Positions 28,998-46,164 of a stretch of DNA of 64,000 bases are shown piece after piece. The stretch is taken from assembly GCF_009914755.1 (NCBI RefSeq), contig NC_060938.1; one strand, given 5' to 3'. The stretch is from the human T2T-CHM13v2.0 reference genome, Homo sapiens. Numbering within the stretch: position 1 is the first letter of the stretch; the number at the start of each line of letters is the position of its first letter. Under the pieces are notes generated by a model that was not told where the DNA came from, searched no databases, and was given only the letters and a program-made list of their open reading frames with translations. A program made the position numbers and the translations under genes.

Positions 28998-29328
28998 TTT
29001 TCTTTTTCTTTCTTTATTTTTTATTTTTTAATTTTTTTTGTTGAGACAGCATTTCTCTCTGTCACCCAGGCTGTTGTATGGGGATGTGATCACGGCTTAC
29101 TGCAGCCTTGACCTCATGACCTCAAGTAAGTGATCTTCCTGGCTCAGCATCCTGAGTAGCTGGGACCAGAGGTGTACACCACCATGCCTGGCTAATTTAA
29201 AATATTTTTGTGAAGACGGTATCTGACTATGTTGCCTAGGCTCGTCTTGAACCCCAGGCCTCAAGCGATCCTCCCACTGTGATTTCCCAAAGTGTTGGGA
29301 TTACAGGCGTGTGCCACCACATCCAGGC
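28998..29328 (-). mobile_element. AluJ
   Basis: Diverged antisense Alu dimer; TSD-like caggca(g/a)ctttt. Confidence 0.88.
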
Positions 29329-30324
29329 AACTTTTCTTAATTTTAGATAAAGTCTTCCAGTTCCATCCTGAATGGTGTATGAATAGGAGAGGATGCCTGA
29401 ATTAGCACGGAGCCCAAACTGAACCAGTTTTTCATGCTTCACACAGGGTGTAGAGAAGCATTGCCCAAACTGTGCAATGAATTATTGTACAATCAGAAGT
29501 GCTCACTTTTAACTTAAAAACACATTCATGTTAAGCATAATTTCTTAGATCCTCAAAGTCAGTATTTTAATTTGATTCTCTTTTTGTCACATCTAAAAGA
29601 AAACAACATCAATGTTAACTGGGTTGTGGGCTTTTGCCCATAGTCATTTGAATATCATCAATGTCTCCTTCTTGCTTTTATCTTTATTGTCCAAAATATG
29701 AATGTTATTTTTGGTTGTAATTTTCTTTGATCTTTCTGTGCTTTCTATTCTTTTAATATCTTAAATTAAGAACACTTCAATGTATCTAATTTTCCGACCC
29801 CTACCTTTATCTTAATGAGCTTGCTTTCACAGTCACTAGCACTAGTGACCGTGACTTTTTATGCAGTCATTTGTCCCCAGAGCTATCTTCCTTCAGTAGT
29901 AACTGCAAAATAAGCCAAAGAACAAACTGTCCTTATTCTTCTAAGGTTCTTTTAGGGCTTTGGTTGCTAGTATTATTTTCTTCCACCTAGCCCATTTTCT
30001 TTCCCTTTTTTCTATTACATATGCATGTTTACCTCCCTTGATTATCAAGATATGTCACCCCTAGACCTATCTAGTATAACTTTGATCTCTTTGTTTCTAC
30101 ATCTTTGACTTTTTCATGGCAACTGTTACTTCAGATTCCCTTAGCTAAACTGATCTGTTTCCCATTTTAAGGCTTACTCAAGATCAAGATTCTGTATCTG
30201 ATTCCTTAGACTCTTGGCTTAGCCTGGACCATCTACCTAAATTATCAGCTTTTGGACTCTTAGTTTCTGATCTTCACCCTAACACATATAATTGCATATG
30301 GCAACTTTGTGAAATGTTCCAGCT

Positions 30325-30524
30325 GTTTGGGCTGGTTCCAAGTCTTTGCTATTGTGAATAGTGCCTCGATAAACATGTGTGTGCATGTGTCTTTATAGCA
30401 GCATGATTTATAGTCCTTTGGGTATATACCCAGTAATGGGATGGCTGGGTCAAATGGTATTTCTAGTTCTAGATACTTGAGGAATCGCCACACTGTCTTC
30501 CACAATGGTTGAACTAGTTTACAC
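30325..30524 (-). mobile_element. 200-bp L1PA ORF2 3' fragment without poly(A); left inversion breakpoint
   Basis: Encodes CKLVQPLWKTVWRFLKYLELEIPFDPAIPLLGIYPKDYKSCCYKDTCT. Confidence 0.95.
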
Positions 30525-30526
30525 GC

Positions 30527-31482
30527 AGCTGGTAATGTCTTTCTAAACTGAGCTGTGACTACTGCAGCAATCAGCAACCAGTCTGATTATTGGGATAAGT
30601 ATACCTCCCTGTATCCAATAAGAATGATATGCCTTGGAATATTCTGCCTTTCTCCCCACATAACTGGAGTGACTGGTTCAACAGCAGCGATAATGCAACC
30701 CAGGTTCACTGGGGATTGCATCCACCTGGAGGCCTGATTACCAACTCAACGGAGACCCAACAACATGTGCCCTTATAGGCACTACCTGTTGCACCTATAA
30801 CCCTGATGAAGAGAATAATGTCACTGATATGGTTTGGCTGTGTCCCCACCCAATATCTCATCTTGAATTGTAATCCCCATAATCCCCACATGTCAAGGGA
30901 AAGACCAAGTGGAAGTAATTGAATAATGCTGTTCTTGTGATCGTGAGTGAATTCTCATGAGATCTGATGGTTTTATAAGTGGTAGTTCCTCCTGGGTTCA
31001 CTCTCCCTCCTGCTGCGTTGTGAAGAAGATGCCTTGCTTCCTCTTCACCTTCTGCCATGATTGTAAGTTTCCTGAGGCCTTCCCAGCCATGCGAACCTGT
31101 GAGTCAGTTAAGCCTCTTTCCTTTCTAAATGATCCAGTCTTGGGCAGTTCTTTATAGCAGTGCAATAACAGATTAATACAGTCACGGATGCTTTAAATCA
31201 TTTTCCAACTCAGATCCATGATATAACCCAATCAGGTTTCTTTGAGTCATTCTCAAATTGGTTACACACCTTACCTACTTACTGGAGTTAGGTTTTGCTA
31301 ATAGGCATCATAATTGTAGTTACTTTCTGCTTTATATGCTGTTTTGTATACTGTAGATGTGGCCAGTATGCACAGCCATGTTTATACATAACAGGCCCAT
31401 AAACTTCTACCCCAATACCCCATTCAGGGACTCTTGTGCAAGATTGGTGGAAAGAGTGTAAGAGCTGGGGAACAAGGTGGAT
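30527..31482 (+). mobile_element. env: ERV internal 3' region with env TM remnant, interrupted by a THE1/MST LTR
   Basis: CALIGTTCC (CX6CC) at 30766-30792; after excising the LTR the frame continues NVTDALNHFPTQIHDI...NWLHTLPTYWS*VLLIGIIIVVTFCFICC; purine-rich tract before the LTR. Confidence 0.8.
30825..31180 (+). mobile_element. THE1/MST solo LTR
   Basis: tgatatggtttggctgtgtcccc...gattaataca; 5-bp TSD gtcac. Confidence 0.93.
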
Positions 31483-31882
31483 GGTAGTGTGACAAGTCCC
31501 CCACCAGGTTACTTAAGGGTGTATATCCACTGCCTGAACTCTGAAGGCTGGGTGGTGAGTCAAGTCCATGGTGCCCAGCCAAGGAACAGGTGTATCTAAG
31601 AACCCAAATATCCCAGAGAGTATCCAAGAACCTACTAAGAAAAACAGTCTCATCACTCAAACACAATAGCCAAAAAGTCAGAAAATTATCTTAAAGTCAG
31701 TTTAGAGACAGGAGGTGGCACAGATCTCTAGAGCTATCCTGCCGCTGTCCAGGAGTGCCCTGTATATAAGTCCTAATAAATTCATCTACTCATCAAGCTG
31801 GACTTGTCCAAGTCATTCTTTGGTCTCTTGGCTTCTTCCCTTTTCTGGGGACATGTTACAGTCTCAAGTTTTTCTCATAACA
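31483..31882 (+). mobile_element. 3' LTR of a class III (ERVL/HERV-S-like) provirus
   Basis: Homologous to 45763-46164 in opposite orientation; aataaa at ~31775; ends ctcataaca; followed by gatat. Confidence 0.85.
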
Positions 31883-34800
31883 GATATCTTAACAATATAG
31901 AGTCTTCCTATCCTACACCTCTCCATTAATTTAGGTCTCTAATTTCTCTTAACAATGTTTTGCAATTTCCAGTATATAAGTTTTGCACATCTTTTGTCAA
32001 ATTTATCCCTAAGTATTTCGTATTTTTAATGCTATGTAGATAGAATTATTTATTTCAATTTCTAATTGTTCATTTCTAGCATTCAGAAATATAATTTATT
32101 ATAATATGATTATATATATATTATATATATATGACCCTCAGTGTAGGGATTAAGGGTTGAAAATTTATGTATAACTTTTCTTAATTTTTTTTTTAAAGAC
32201 AGGGTCTTGCTCTGTCACCCAGGCTAGAATACAGTGGTGTGATCATAGCTTACTGCAACTTCCACCTCCTGGCTCAAGCAGTCCTCCCACCTCAGCCTCC
32301 CAAGTAGCTGGGACTACAGGCATGTGCCACCATGCCCAGGTAATTTTTTTTTATTTTTTGTAGAGATTGGGATCTTGCTATTTACCCTGGCTGGTCTCAA
32401 ACTCTTGGCTTCAAGGAATCATCCTACCTTAGCCACCTAAAGTGCTGATATTACAGGCATAAGCCAACACGCCAGGCCTGTGTATAACTTTTAACTCCCT
32501 CAAAACTTAAGTACTAATAACCTGCTGTTGACTGGAAGCCTTACCTATAACATAAGCAGTCAATTAATACATATTTTATATGTTATATGTATTATATACT
32601 ATATTATAATAAAGTAAGCTAGAAAAAAGAAAATGTTATTAAGAAAATCATAAGAAAAGAAAGTGTATTTACTATTTACTAAGTGGAAGCGTATTGTCAT
32701 AAAAGTCTTCAGCCTCACTGCCTTCACACTGAGTGGACTGAGAAGGAAATGGAAGAGAGGTTAGTCTTCCTGTTTCAGGAGTGGCAGAGGAGGAAGAAAA
32801 TCCACATAGAAGTGCACCTGTGCAGTTCAAACCCATGTTGTTTAAGAGTTAACTTCATAACATATAAAATATATAATTATAAGACAGTTGACTATCTTAC
32901 ATTCTGCAACATTGGTAAATTCATATTTCATATCATTTTTGTAAAATCCTTCAGATTTTCCACATCTTGCCTGATTGTACTGGCTAGTGCCTCCAATACA
33001 ATGTTGAATAGAAACAGTGAAAAAGAAACATCCTTGCCTTTTTCCTGACCTTAGGGAAAGTGCATTGTATCTTTGCCCATCAAGCATGATGCTAACTCTA
33101 GATTTTTCACAGATGCACGTTATCAGGTTAAGGAAGTTCTTTCCTATTTCTAGCTTGCTGAGAGTTTTGTTGGTTTTGTTTTGGTTTGGTTTGGTTTTTG
33201 GTTTTGAGACAGTTTCGCTCTTATTGCCCAGGCTGGAGTGCAATGGTCTTGGCTCACTGCAACCTCCGCTTCCCGGGTTCAAGCAATTCTTCTAACTCTT
33301 GCTGAGAGTTTTTACCAGGAATGGATGTTGGGTTTTGTCCAATGCTGTTTATGCATCTATTGAGATGAATATATAATTTTTCTTTTTTAGTTTTTTAATA
33401 TGCTGATTTTTATTAATTGATTTTCAAATGTTAAACCAATCTCATATCTCTGAGATAAGCTCTGTTGTTTCACAATGCATCCTTTTTATATATTGTTGAT
33501 TTGATTTGTTCATAATAATCCTCTATTATCCTTTCAATAGCTGTAGAACCTATTGTGATTTTCTGTCATGCCTGATTTTGGTAATTTATGTCTTCTCTCT
33601 TTTTCTTCTTGGTCACTCTGGCTAGAGGTTTATCAATTTAATTGATCTCTTTAAAGAATCATAATTTTGTTTCGTTGATTTTTCTCTACCTTTTTTTCTA
33701 TTTCATTGATTTCTACTCTGCTCTTTGTTTTTTTTTTCTTCTGTTTACTTTATGTATCATTTGCTCTCTTTTTCTAGTTTCCTAAGGTGTAAGCTTATGT
33801 CATTTATTTGAGGCCTTGTTTTTTTCCTAGTATGGTCATTTAGTGCTTTAAATTTCCCACTAAGTACTGCTTAGTATAGTAGCAGTATTCTACAAGTTTT
33901 GATGTGTTGTGTTTTCATTTCAATTCAGTTCAAAATGCTTTCTAATTTTTCTTTTGATTTCTTCTTTAACCCATGGGTTCTTTAGAGCTTAGAAATGCAC
34001 TTTTCAGTTTCCAAATATTTAAGAATTTTCCAAAGATCTTTTGCTTATTGATTTCTAATTTAATTCCATTGTGACTGGAGAATGCACATGTTTATGTATA
34101 AATACCTTTAAACTTACAGAGACATATTTCATGTCCCCAAAATATGGTCTATCTTGTATTGTGTGCATGTGGAAAAAAATGTGCATTCTGCTGCTGTTGG
34201 AGTTTTCTAAAAAGGTCAATTAGATCAAGTTGGTTACTAGCGTTGTTCAAGTATTTTATACCATTGCTGATTTTCTGTCTAGTTCTCCTATCAGTCATTA
34301 AAAAAAGGTTTTTAAATCTCTGTAATTGTGGATTTGTCTATTCTGTACATTTGTGGTTTGTGTATTTTGAATCTCTGTTATTAGGTGCCCAAATGTTTTG
34401 GATTGTTTTTTGCTTATGATGAATTGACTGCTTTTTCATTATGATAACACGTTCTTCATCCCTGCTAATGTCATTTTGAAATCTGCTTTGTTTGCTATTA
34501 ATAACTATTCTAGTTTTTGTTTAATTAATATTAGCATGGAATATCTTTTTCTATTCTGTTACTTTTTACCTGTTTGTGTCTTTACATTTAAAGTGTGTCT
34601 CTTGTAAACAGCATATAATTGGATTTTGCTTTTTTTTAATCCAATCTGATCAGCTGTGCCTTACAATTAGGGTATTCAGACTATTTGCATTTAATCTCAT
34701 CACTGATATGGTTAGGTTTAGATCTATCATATGGCTATTTTTTATATCTTCATCTGTTCTTTTCCCTTTTTCCACTTTTTCTGCCTTCTTTGGGGTTCAC

Positions 34801-35720
34801 TGAATAAAATAAATATATTCTTGCTGAGTACAGAATTCAAAATTAAAAATTTTTTTCACTGCTTGAAAGATGTTTCCTCTCTGCTTTCTCACTTACATTG
34901 TTTCAGATGGGAAATCTACGGTCATTGTTATCTTTGTTCCTTTATATATAACATGCATGTGGTAGGCAAAACAATTATCCATGCCTGGTTTAGATGATAA
35001 GATTTGAGACTTTTGAGTTAGTGAATAGTTCAGATTTTTGACTTTGCATTGATGCTGTAAGGGATGAGATCTTTGGAGATCTGGGGATGGGGTGAATGTA
35101 TTTTGCATTCAAGACAGATAGGTAAATTTAGGGGCCAGAAGACAGACTATGCTAGGTGGAATAATGGCCTGCCAAAGATGCGCACATCCTAATTCCTGGA
35201 ACCTGTGAAAAGGTTGGGTTACACGGCAAAAAGTAACTAAGACTGAAGATAGAATTAAGGTTGCTAATTACATTACCTTAAAATAGGGAGATTATCCTGG
35301 ATTGTCTGGCTGGGTCCAGTGTAATTACAAGAGTCCTTAATGGAAGAGACAGACAAAAGAGAGTCAGGAAAAAAGATGTGACTATGGAAGCAGAATCAGA
35401 GAGATGCCTTACTGTTGGTTTTGAAGATGGAGGAAGGAATCCAGGTGGCTTCTAGAAATTGGAAAGAGCAGGGAAACACTTTCTTTCCTAGAGTGTCCAG
35501 GAAAGAATGAAGCCTTGATTCCTTTGAATCACTGCTCACACCTTGATTTTAGCACAGTGAGACCCAGGTCCTTCTTCTGACTTAGAGAATTGTAAGATAA
35601 TAAATTTGTGTTTTAAGCTTCTATGTTTGAGATAATCTCTATGGCAGTGATAGGAAATTCATACATGTTTTTTTCTTCTCTGGCTACCTTTAAGATTTTC
35701 TTTTTATCATTGATTTTGAT
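31883..35720 (-). mobile_element. 5' portion of an old L1M host (ORF2 to ORF1), containing a Tigger2-like element (~32130-32855), Alus (32185-32478, 33165-33292) and MLT1 internal/LTR (~34958-35665)
   Basis: Minus-strand ORF2 peptide LSLRSGKRQGC; Tigger end gcagttcaaacccatgttgtt; MLT1 motif gggagattatcctggatt. Confidence 0.78.
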
Positions 35721-36704
35721 ACATAGCATTTTTACATGCCATACACACATTGCCGTCTTTTCCCCAGAAAAAATACTAATAGAAAATACAATTTTAAAAT
35801 GTTTTGTGCCACTAAAGGAAAAAGCAATAGCCCAGAAAAAGAAGAAGAAAGTTCAGCGATGCATATGTAGGTTATTTCACAAAGCAAACACTTTCTATTG
35901 AAGGCTGTAGATAGACCTTTAAAGGACCCTTCTCATCTCTTAGTTAAGTGTAGTCAATATAACATCATCTTCAGAATGATTATACATTATTATCGATAAT
36001 CTAAGATTTCATAATAAAGGAAGAAAAAAGATATATATTAAAGCTGCTCCATGGAGAAGAAATGTTCACAAATCAGTAATAGAAATGTTTCTATATGTAC
36101 ACTCAAGGACATATGATAGGCTATTTACCTTAATCTGGTTTCATAATTTTATGTAAAGAAAATGCTATCTGTTAATCCAACTAAATTCTATATTTTAAAT
36201 TCTACCAGGATTATAGAATGATATTGGGCTTTTAAAGCCCCTTTCTTCTGAGGAACTCAGAGTGCTTGTGTTTATAATATGGCTTTAAATGGTCACAGTG
36301 GTCCCCAGAATTTTATCAAGGTAATAAATATTCCTAAATAAAGCCAATTCCCTACCCCACTCCCAAGTGCTAACATTGGTTGGAATTAGGAAAACTTCTT
36401 ATTTTCTAAGTAAAGAAACCCTGAGGATATTTTTAAGTAAATAAGGATTAAAGGTTAGAAGAGGGCATTCAGCTGTGTAGACACAAAACAATTGAATTTT
36501 GGCAAAGCAAATTCATAATTTTCAGATAATTTGAGGCAAATTATTTCTATGGAAAAAAACTTTAACTTTTAAAAAATTACATGTCATATGTGTTCATTTT
36601 CAAAAATTAGAAGATGAAATTAAGGAAGAAAATATTAACCCAAAACCCCACTGTCAAGAATTACCTCCATTAACATGTTGTGTACATACATTGAGCTCGA
36701 TATT

Positions 36705-37190
36705 TTCTGTTTGTCCCTTTAGTGCTAGTCCCAATCCTCTCCACCTTGCTCTGTGCCTTGGGAGACTAATTATATGGCCTTCATCAAAGAATCCCTTTGA
36801 GGTCTGACTTCTGGTAGGGCTTAGTCAATGAAGAACACCAGGGAGAGAGAAGGGGGAAGAAGGAGAGAGAGGCCAAGACATTTGTTTCCCAGCAACCATG
36901 CTGTAGAGTTTCTGTGAGAGGGCTACATCCTTTTACAAAAAGTCAGATGTCCTGTCAAAAGGCCCTCTCCCACATAAATCTTCCTGCCTAATTCCTCTGG
37001 CTCCTTCAGACAGGCTTAGACATGGTAAGAACATCCTATCCCCCACACTCATACAAACTTCAGGTTCTATACTATTCCTTGTTGTTTCTCTACATTTTGC
37101 CTATACCTTATAAATAGTCCCTATATTGAACCCTAGTCAAGTTATTCAATTTGAGTATGCTTCCTGTATCCTGCTGCTACTTTGGCTACT
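36705..37190 (+). mobile_element. Old ERVL LTR (LTR33-like)
   Basis: tcctctccaccttgctctgtgcc... and taaatagtccctatattgaa motifs. Confidence 0.55.
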
Positions 37191-37585
37191 ACCTCTATCC
37201 AGATTTGTTAGTGTATACACAAACACACACACACACACACCCCTCACATTCATTTTTTTAACAAGGTACCTGCAAAGTATGCCAGCTATTGTATAGCTGT
37301 ATCAAAATATAAACAAATTAATATATTAGAAATTTAAATTGTTTCCTTTTTCTATTCTAAATAATGATGCAATGAATATCTATATACATATATATGTACC
37401 TTTTCCCTCTTGTTTATATTAGTGCCGTAAAATACATTCTTAGCAGGAGTATTTCTGAGACAAAGGACCTGTGCATATTTAAGGCTTTAGATATTGCCAA
37501 CAGTCTTCCATACAGGTCATGATTATATTCACTTCCCCATGTAGTATACAAGAATGCCCAAACGCCCATCCACTCACTAACCCTC

Positions 37586-37925
37586 TGTATTAGTCCATTC
37601 TCACGCTGCTAATAAAGACATACTCGAGACTAGGTAATTTATAAAGGAAAGAGGTTTAATTGACTCAGTTCCACAGGGTAGGGGACGCTTCAGGAAACTT
37701 ACAATCATGGCGGAAGAGGAAGCAAACATGTCCTTCTTCACATAGCAGCAGGAAGAAGAAGTGCTGGGCAAAAGGGGGAAAAGCTCCTTATAAAATCATC
37801 AGATCTTGGCTGGGTGCAGTGGCTAACACCTGTAATCCCAGCACTTTGGGAGGCCAAGGTGAGCAGATCACCTGAGGTCAGGAGTTCAAAACCAGCCTGG
37901 CTAACATGGAGAAACCCTGTCTCTA

Positions 37926-37980
<55 letters not shown>

Positions 37981-38311
37981 AGCCAGGCGTGGTGCTGCAT
38001 GCCTGTAGTCCCAACTACTCAGGAGGCTGAGGGAAGAGAATCACTTGAACCCAGGAGGTGGAGGTCACAGTGAACCAAGATTGTGCCACTGCACTCCAGC
38101 CTGGGCAACAGCATGAGACTCCATCTCAAAAAACAAAAAAACAAAAAAACCATCAGGTTTTGTGAGAACGCACTATCACGAGAACAGCAGCATGGGAGTA
38201 ACCACTCCCATGATTCAACTGCTCACACCAGGTCCCTTCCATGACATGTGGGGATTATGGGAACTACAATTCAAGATAAGATTTTGGTGGGGACACAGCC
38301 AAACCATATCA
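37586..38311 (-). mobile_element. THE1/MST solo LTR with an AluS insertion (37808-38150, +)
   Basis: tgtattagtcc...ccaaaccatatca; TSD ccctc on both sides. Confidence 0.93.
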
Positions 38312-39179
38312 CCCTCCACCAAAACATTTTTGCAGAAAGAAAAATTAACCTTGTCACTTACATTGTATTCACACCACTTAGCACTGTATGCTAAAGCTCT
38401 ACCTCAGGTCACCAAGTTGCTAGTTGAAAAACAACTCAAAAATCAGCTCTTAAGGCCAGTTTCAGACATCACAACATAGAGCTTCCTGATATGTCCTCCT
38501 TATCCCAAGTGTCCCCCAATAAGTACAGCCTTTTAACTCATGAAATATAATGTGTAAAAATGTTCATTTTTTTAGGGGTGGAAAAACACATACATATAAG
38601 TACTAAACTAAAAGAAAGTAGGGTGAATCTAATTAAATCCCCAGTTTCTTTTATAACATTCAAAATAAAATTATCACAAAATAATATTTAAGTCAATCCC
38701 ATAATAATGAATTGAATCCCATGTTGTAGAAAACGTTCGAGTAAACTGCTATGGAAGATGCAGGGATGCGTGAAATGTGTTCCTTTCCACTAGGGCCTAC
38801 TGTCTAATGTAGGAAGCAGACACACAGAGGAGCAATGCTAAAAGGTATCTTAAAAACAGTTAAATTGACAAATAAATCTAAAACCTGGTTCTCTGAAAAT
38901 GAAAGTATATCCTGAACAAACCTCTAGCTAATCAAGAAAAAAGAACACGTATACATAGAAAGTAATGAATGAAATGGAAGCTATAGTCATAGATATGGCA
39001 GGGGTTTTTTCTTTACAAAATACTATCAGCAACCCTGCTAAAACTTTAAATATATATATCAAATACAGAATTTTCTGAAAAAAACATGAATTAAACATAC
39101 CCATTAGATCGAAAACTATAGAAAAAATGGAAAAGTTATTAAAGCAGAATTGACTACATATTAAAAGCAGAGTCTTAAG

Positions 39180-39940
39180 TGCCCTTGTCCTATTGCCCTT
39201 CCAACCCTGGGTGACACCACCCTCTGCCTCATCCACTCATCCTCTGAGCTTTGCTGGAGAAAAATCAAACAGTCAAGTAGATGGAATCTAATACAATTTT
39301 ACGGTCATCAACCTCAAATGGGCTCTCAGCCCTGAATTACAACTACAGAACTATGTTTTTCTAGTTATGGTACTTTCTTATTCTCTACATCTCTATTCTT
39401 CTCAAACTTTTGGATTCTGCCGCCTCCTATCCTGCCAAATCATTCAGCAGGCAATCTGAGGCAATCAGACTTCTGTTTTCAGAAGAGAAACAAAAGCCAT
39501 CAGAACGACTCCCTCAAATTCCTGCCACCAGAACAATGACACAAACCTACTTATATATGAATCTTCTTGGCTTTCTTTCTTGTTTCAGAGGAACAAGTGA
39601 CCTACCTCTTGTGCCTTCTCAAGTACCTTACTCTGTTCATGTTTCTTCTCTTTCCTGTATCTTCAAACTGCCTCTCTCTGCTGGTTCCTTCCCATTAGCC
39701 TTCCAACATCTCCCCTCCTACAGTCTCCTCCCTTTTCTGCTCCTCTTCTTTTCTTCATCTCTCTTTCATTTCACAATCCACCACATTCTGATTACTGGTC
39801 TCAACAAGACTTCTCTTGTCAAATTCACCCCTGACCTCCATGTTGTTAAATCAAACTGACACATTTCAGCTCTTCTCCTGCTTTTCCCTTAGACAGTATT
39901 TGGTACTGTTGACAATACTCTCCTCACCTTCCACCTTAGT
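39180..39940. mobile_element. L2 remnant
   Basis: tcaaattcacccctgacctccatgttgttaaatc...cagtatttggtactgttgac resembles L2 RT region. Confidence 0.6.
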
Positions 39941-40236
39941 AACAGGGTTTTTATTTTCCACTTAGCCCATATCTCCACAGATTGAATTTTCACTTTGTAA
40001 TACAATTTGTAATGATATATTGGTGCACTTATTTAGTCAGTACCACAAGGTAAAAAGACCACATCCTGCCAAAGTAAGTCTCCTTCCCACTCTTGTGCCC
40101 CAGCTTCCCAATTTCCTTACCCGGAAGTCATGTGCCACAAGCACTGTGTAAGTCCGGAGCTGCACAGTGCCATCTTTCCCACCATAAAAAGACTCTGCTT
40201 GCTGAAGAGCAAAGGCTGCACAGAAGAAACAGAGCT

Positions 40237-40911
40237 GGAAACAACAGGTGCTGGAGAGGATGTGGAGAAATAGGAACACTTTTACACTGTTGGTGGGACG
40301 TAAACTAGTTCAACCATTGTGGAAGTCAGTGTGGCGATTCCTCAGGGATCTAGAACTAGAAATACCATTTGACCCAGCCATCCCATTACTGGATATATAC
40401 CCAAAGGATTATAAATCATGCTGCTATAAAGACACGTATCTTTACTGCGGCACTATTCACAATAGCAAAGACCAAAGACTTGGAACCAACCCAAATGTCC
40501 AACAATGATAGACTGGATTAAGAAAATGTGGCACATATACACCATGGAATACTATGCAGCCATAAAAAAGGATGAGTTCATGTCCTTTGTAGGGACATGG
40601 ATGAAACTGGAAACCATCATTCTCAGCAAACTATCACAAGGACAAAAAACCAAACACCGCATGTTCTCACTCATTTGTGGGAATTGAACAATGAGAACAC
40701 ATGGACACAGGAAGTGGAACATCACACACGAGGGCCTGTCATGGGGTGGGGGATGGGGGAGGGATAGCATTGGGAGAAATACCTAATGTAAATGACGAGT
40801 TAATGGGTGCAGCACACCAACATGGCACGTGTATACATATGTAACAAACCTGCATGTTGTGCACATGTACCCTAGAACTTAAAGTATAATAAAAAATAAA
40901 AATAAAAAAAA
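40237..40911 (+). mobile_element. 5'-truncated L1PA with poly(A); right inversion breakpoint
   Basis: ORF2 C-terminus and 3'UTR ending ccctagaacttaaagtataataaa. Confidence 0.97.
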
Positions 40912-40929
40912 AGAAAGACATTACCAGCT

Positions 40930-45762
<4,833 letters not shown>

Positions 45763-46164
45763 AGTTATGAGAAAAATTTGGAACTGTAACATCTCCCCCA
45801 AACAGGGAAGGAGTCAAGAGACCAAAGAATGACTCAGACCTAAGTCCAGCTTGATGAGTAGATGAGTTTATTAGGACTTATATACAGGGCACTCCTGGAC
45901 AGCGGCAGGACAGCTCTAGAGATCTGTGCCACCTCCTGTCTCTAAAATGCCTTTAAGCTAATTTTCTGGATTTTTGCATACTGTGTTTGAGTGATGAGAC
46001 TGTTTTTCTTAGTAGGTTCTCAGATACTCTCTAGGATGTTTGGGTTCTCAGGGACACCTGCTCCTTGGCTGGGCACCATGGCCTTGGCTTGCTGCCCAGC
46101 CTTCAGGGTTCAAGCAGCGGACATACACCCTTAAGTAACCTGGTGGGGGACCTGTCACACTACA
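45763..46164 (-). mobile_element. 5' LTR of the same provirus
   Basis: Begins tgtagtgtgacagg on -; flanked by atatc (46165-46169). Confidence 0.88.

Noticed and set aside
38362-38419. Possible additional minus-strand exon (tag|caactt...caat|gtaagt) inside the inversion
   Set aside because: Stop codons in all three frames; unsupported without conservation data
39410-39859. 149-aa ORF
   Set aside because: Lies in a pyrimidine-rich L2 remnant, non-ATG start, no recognisable domain
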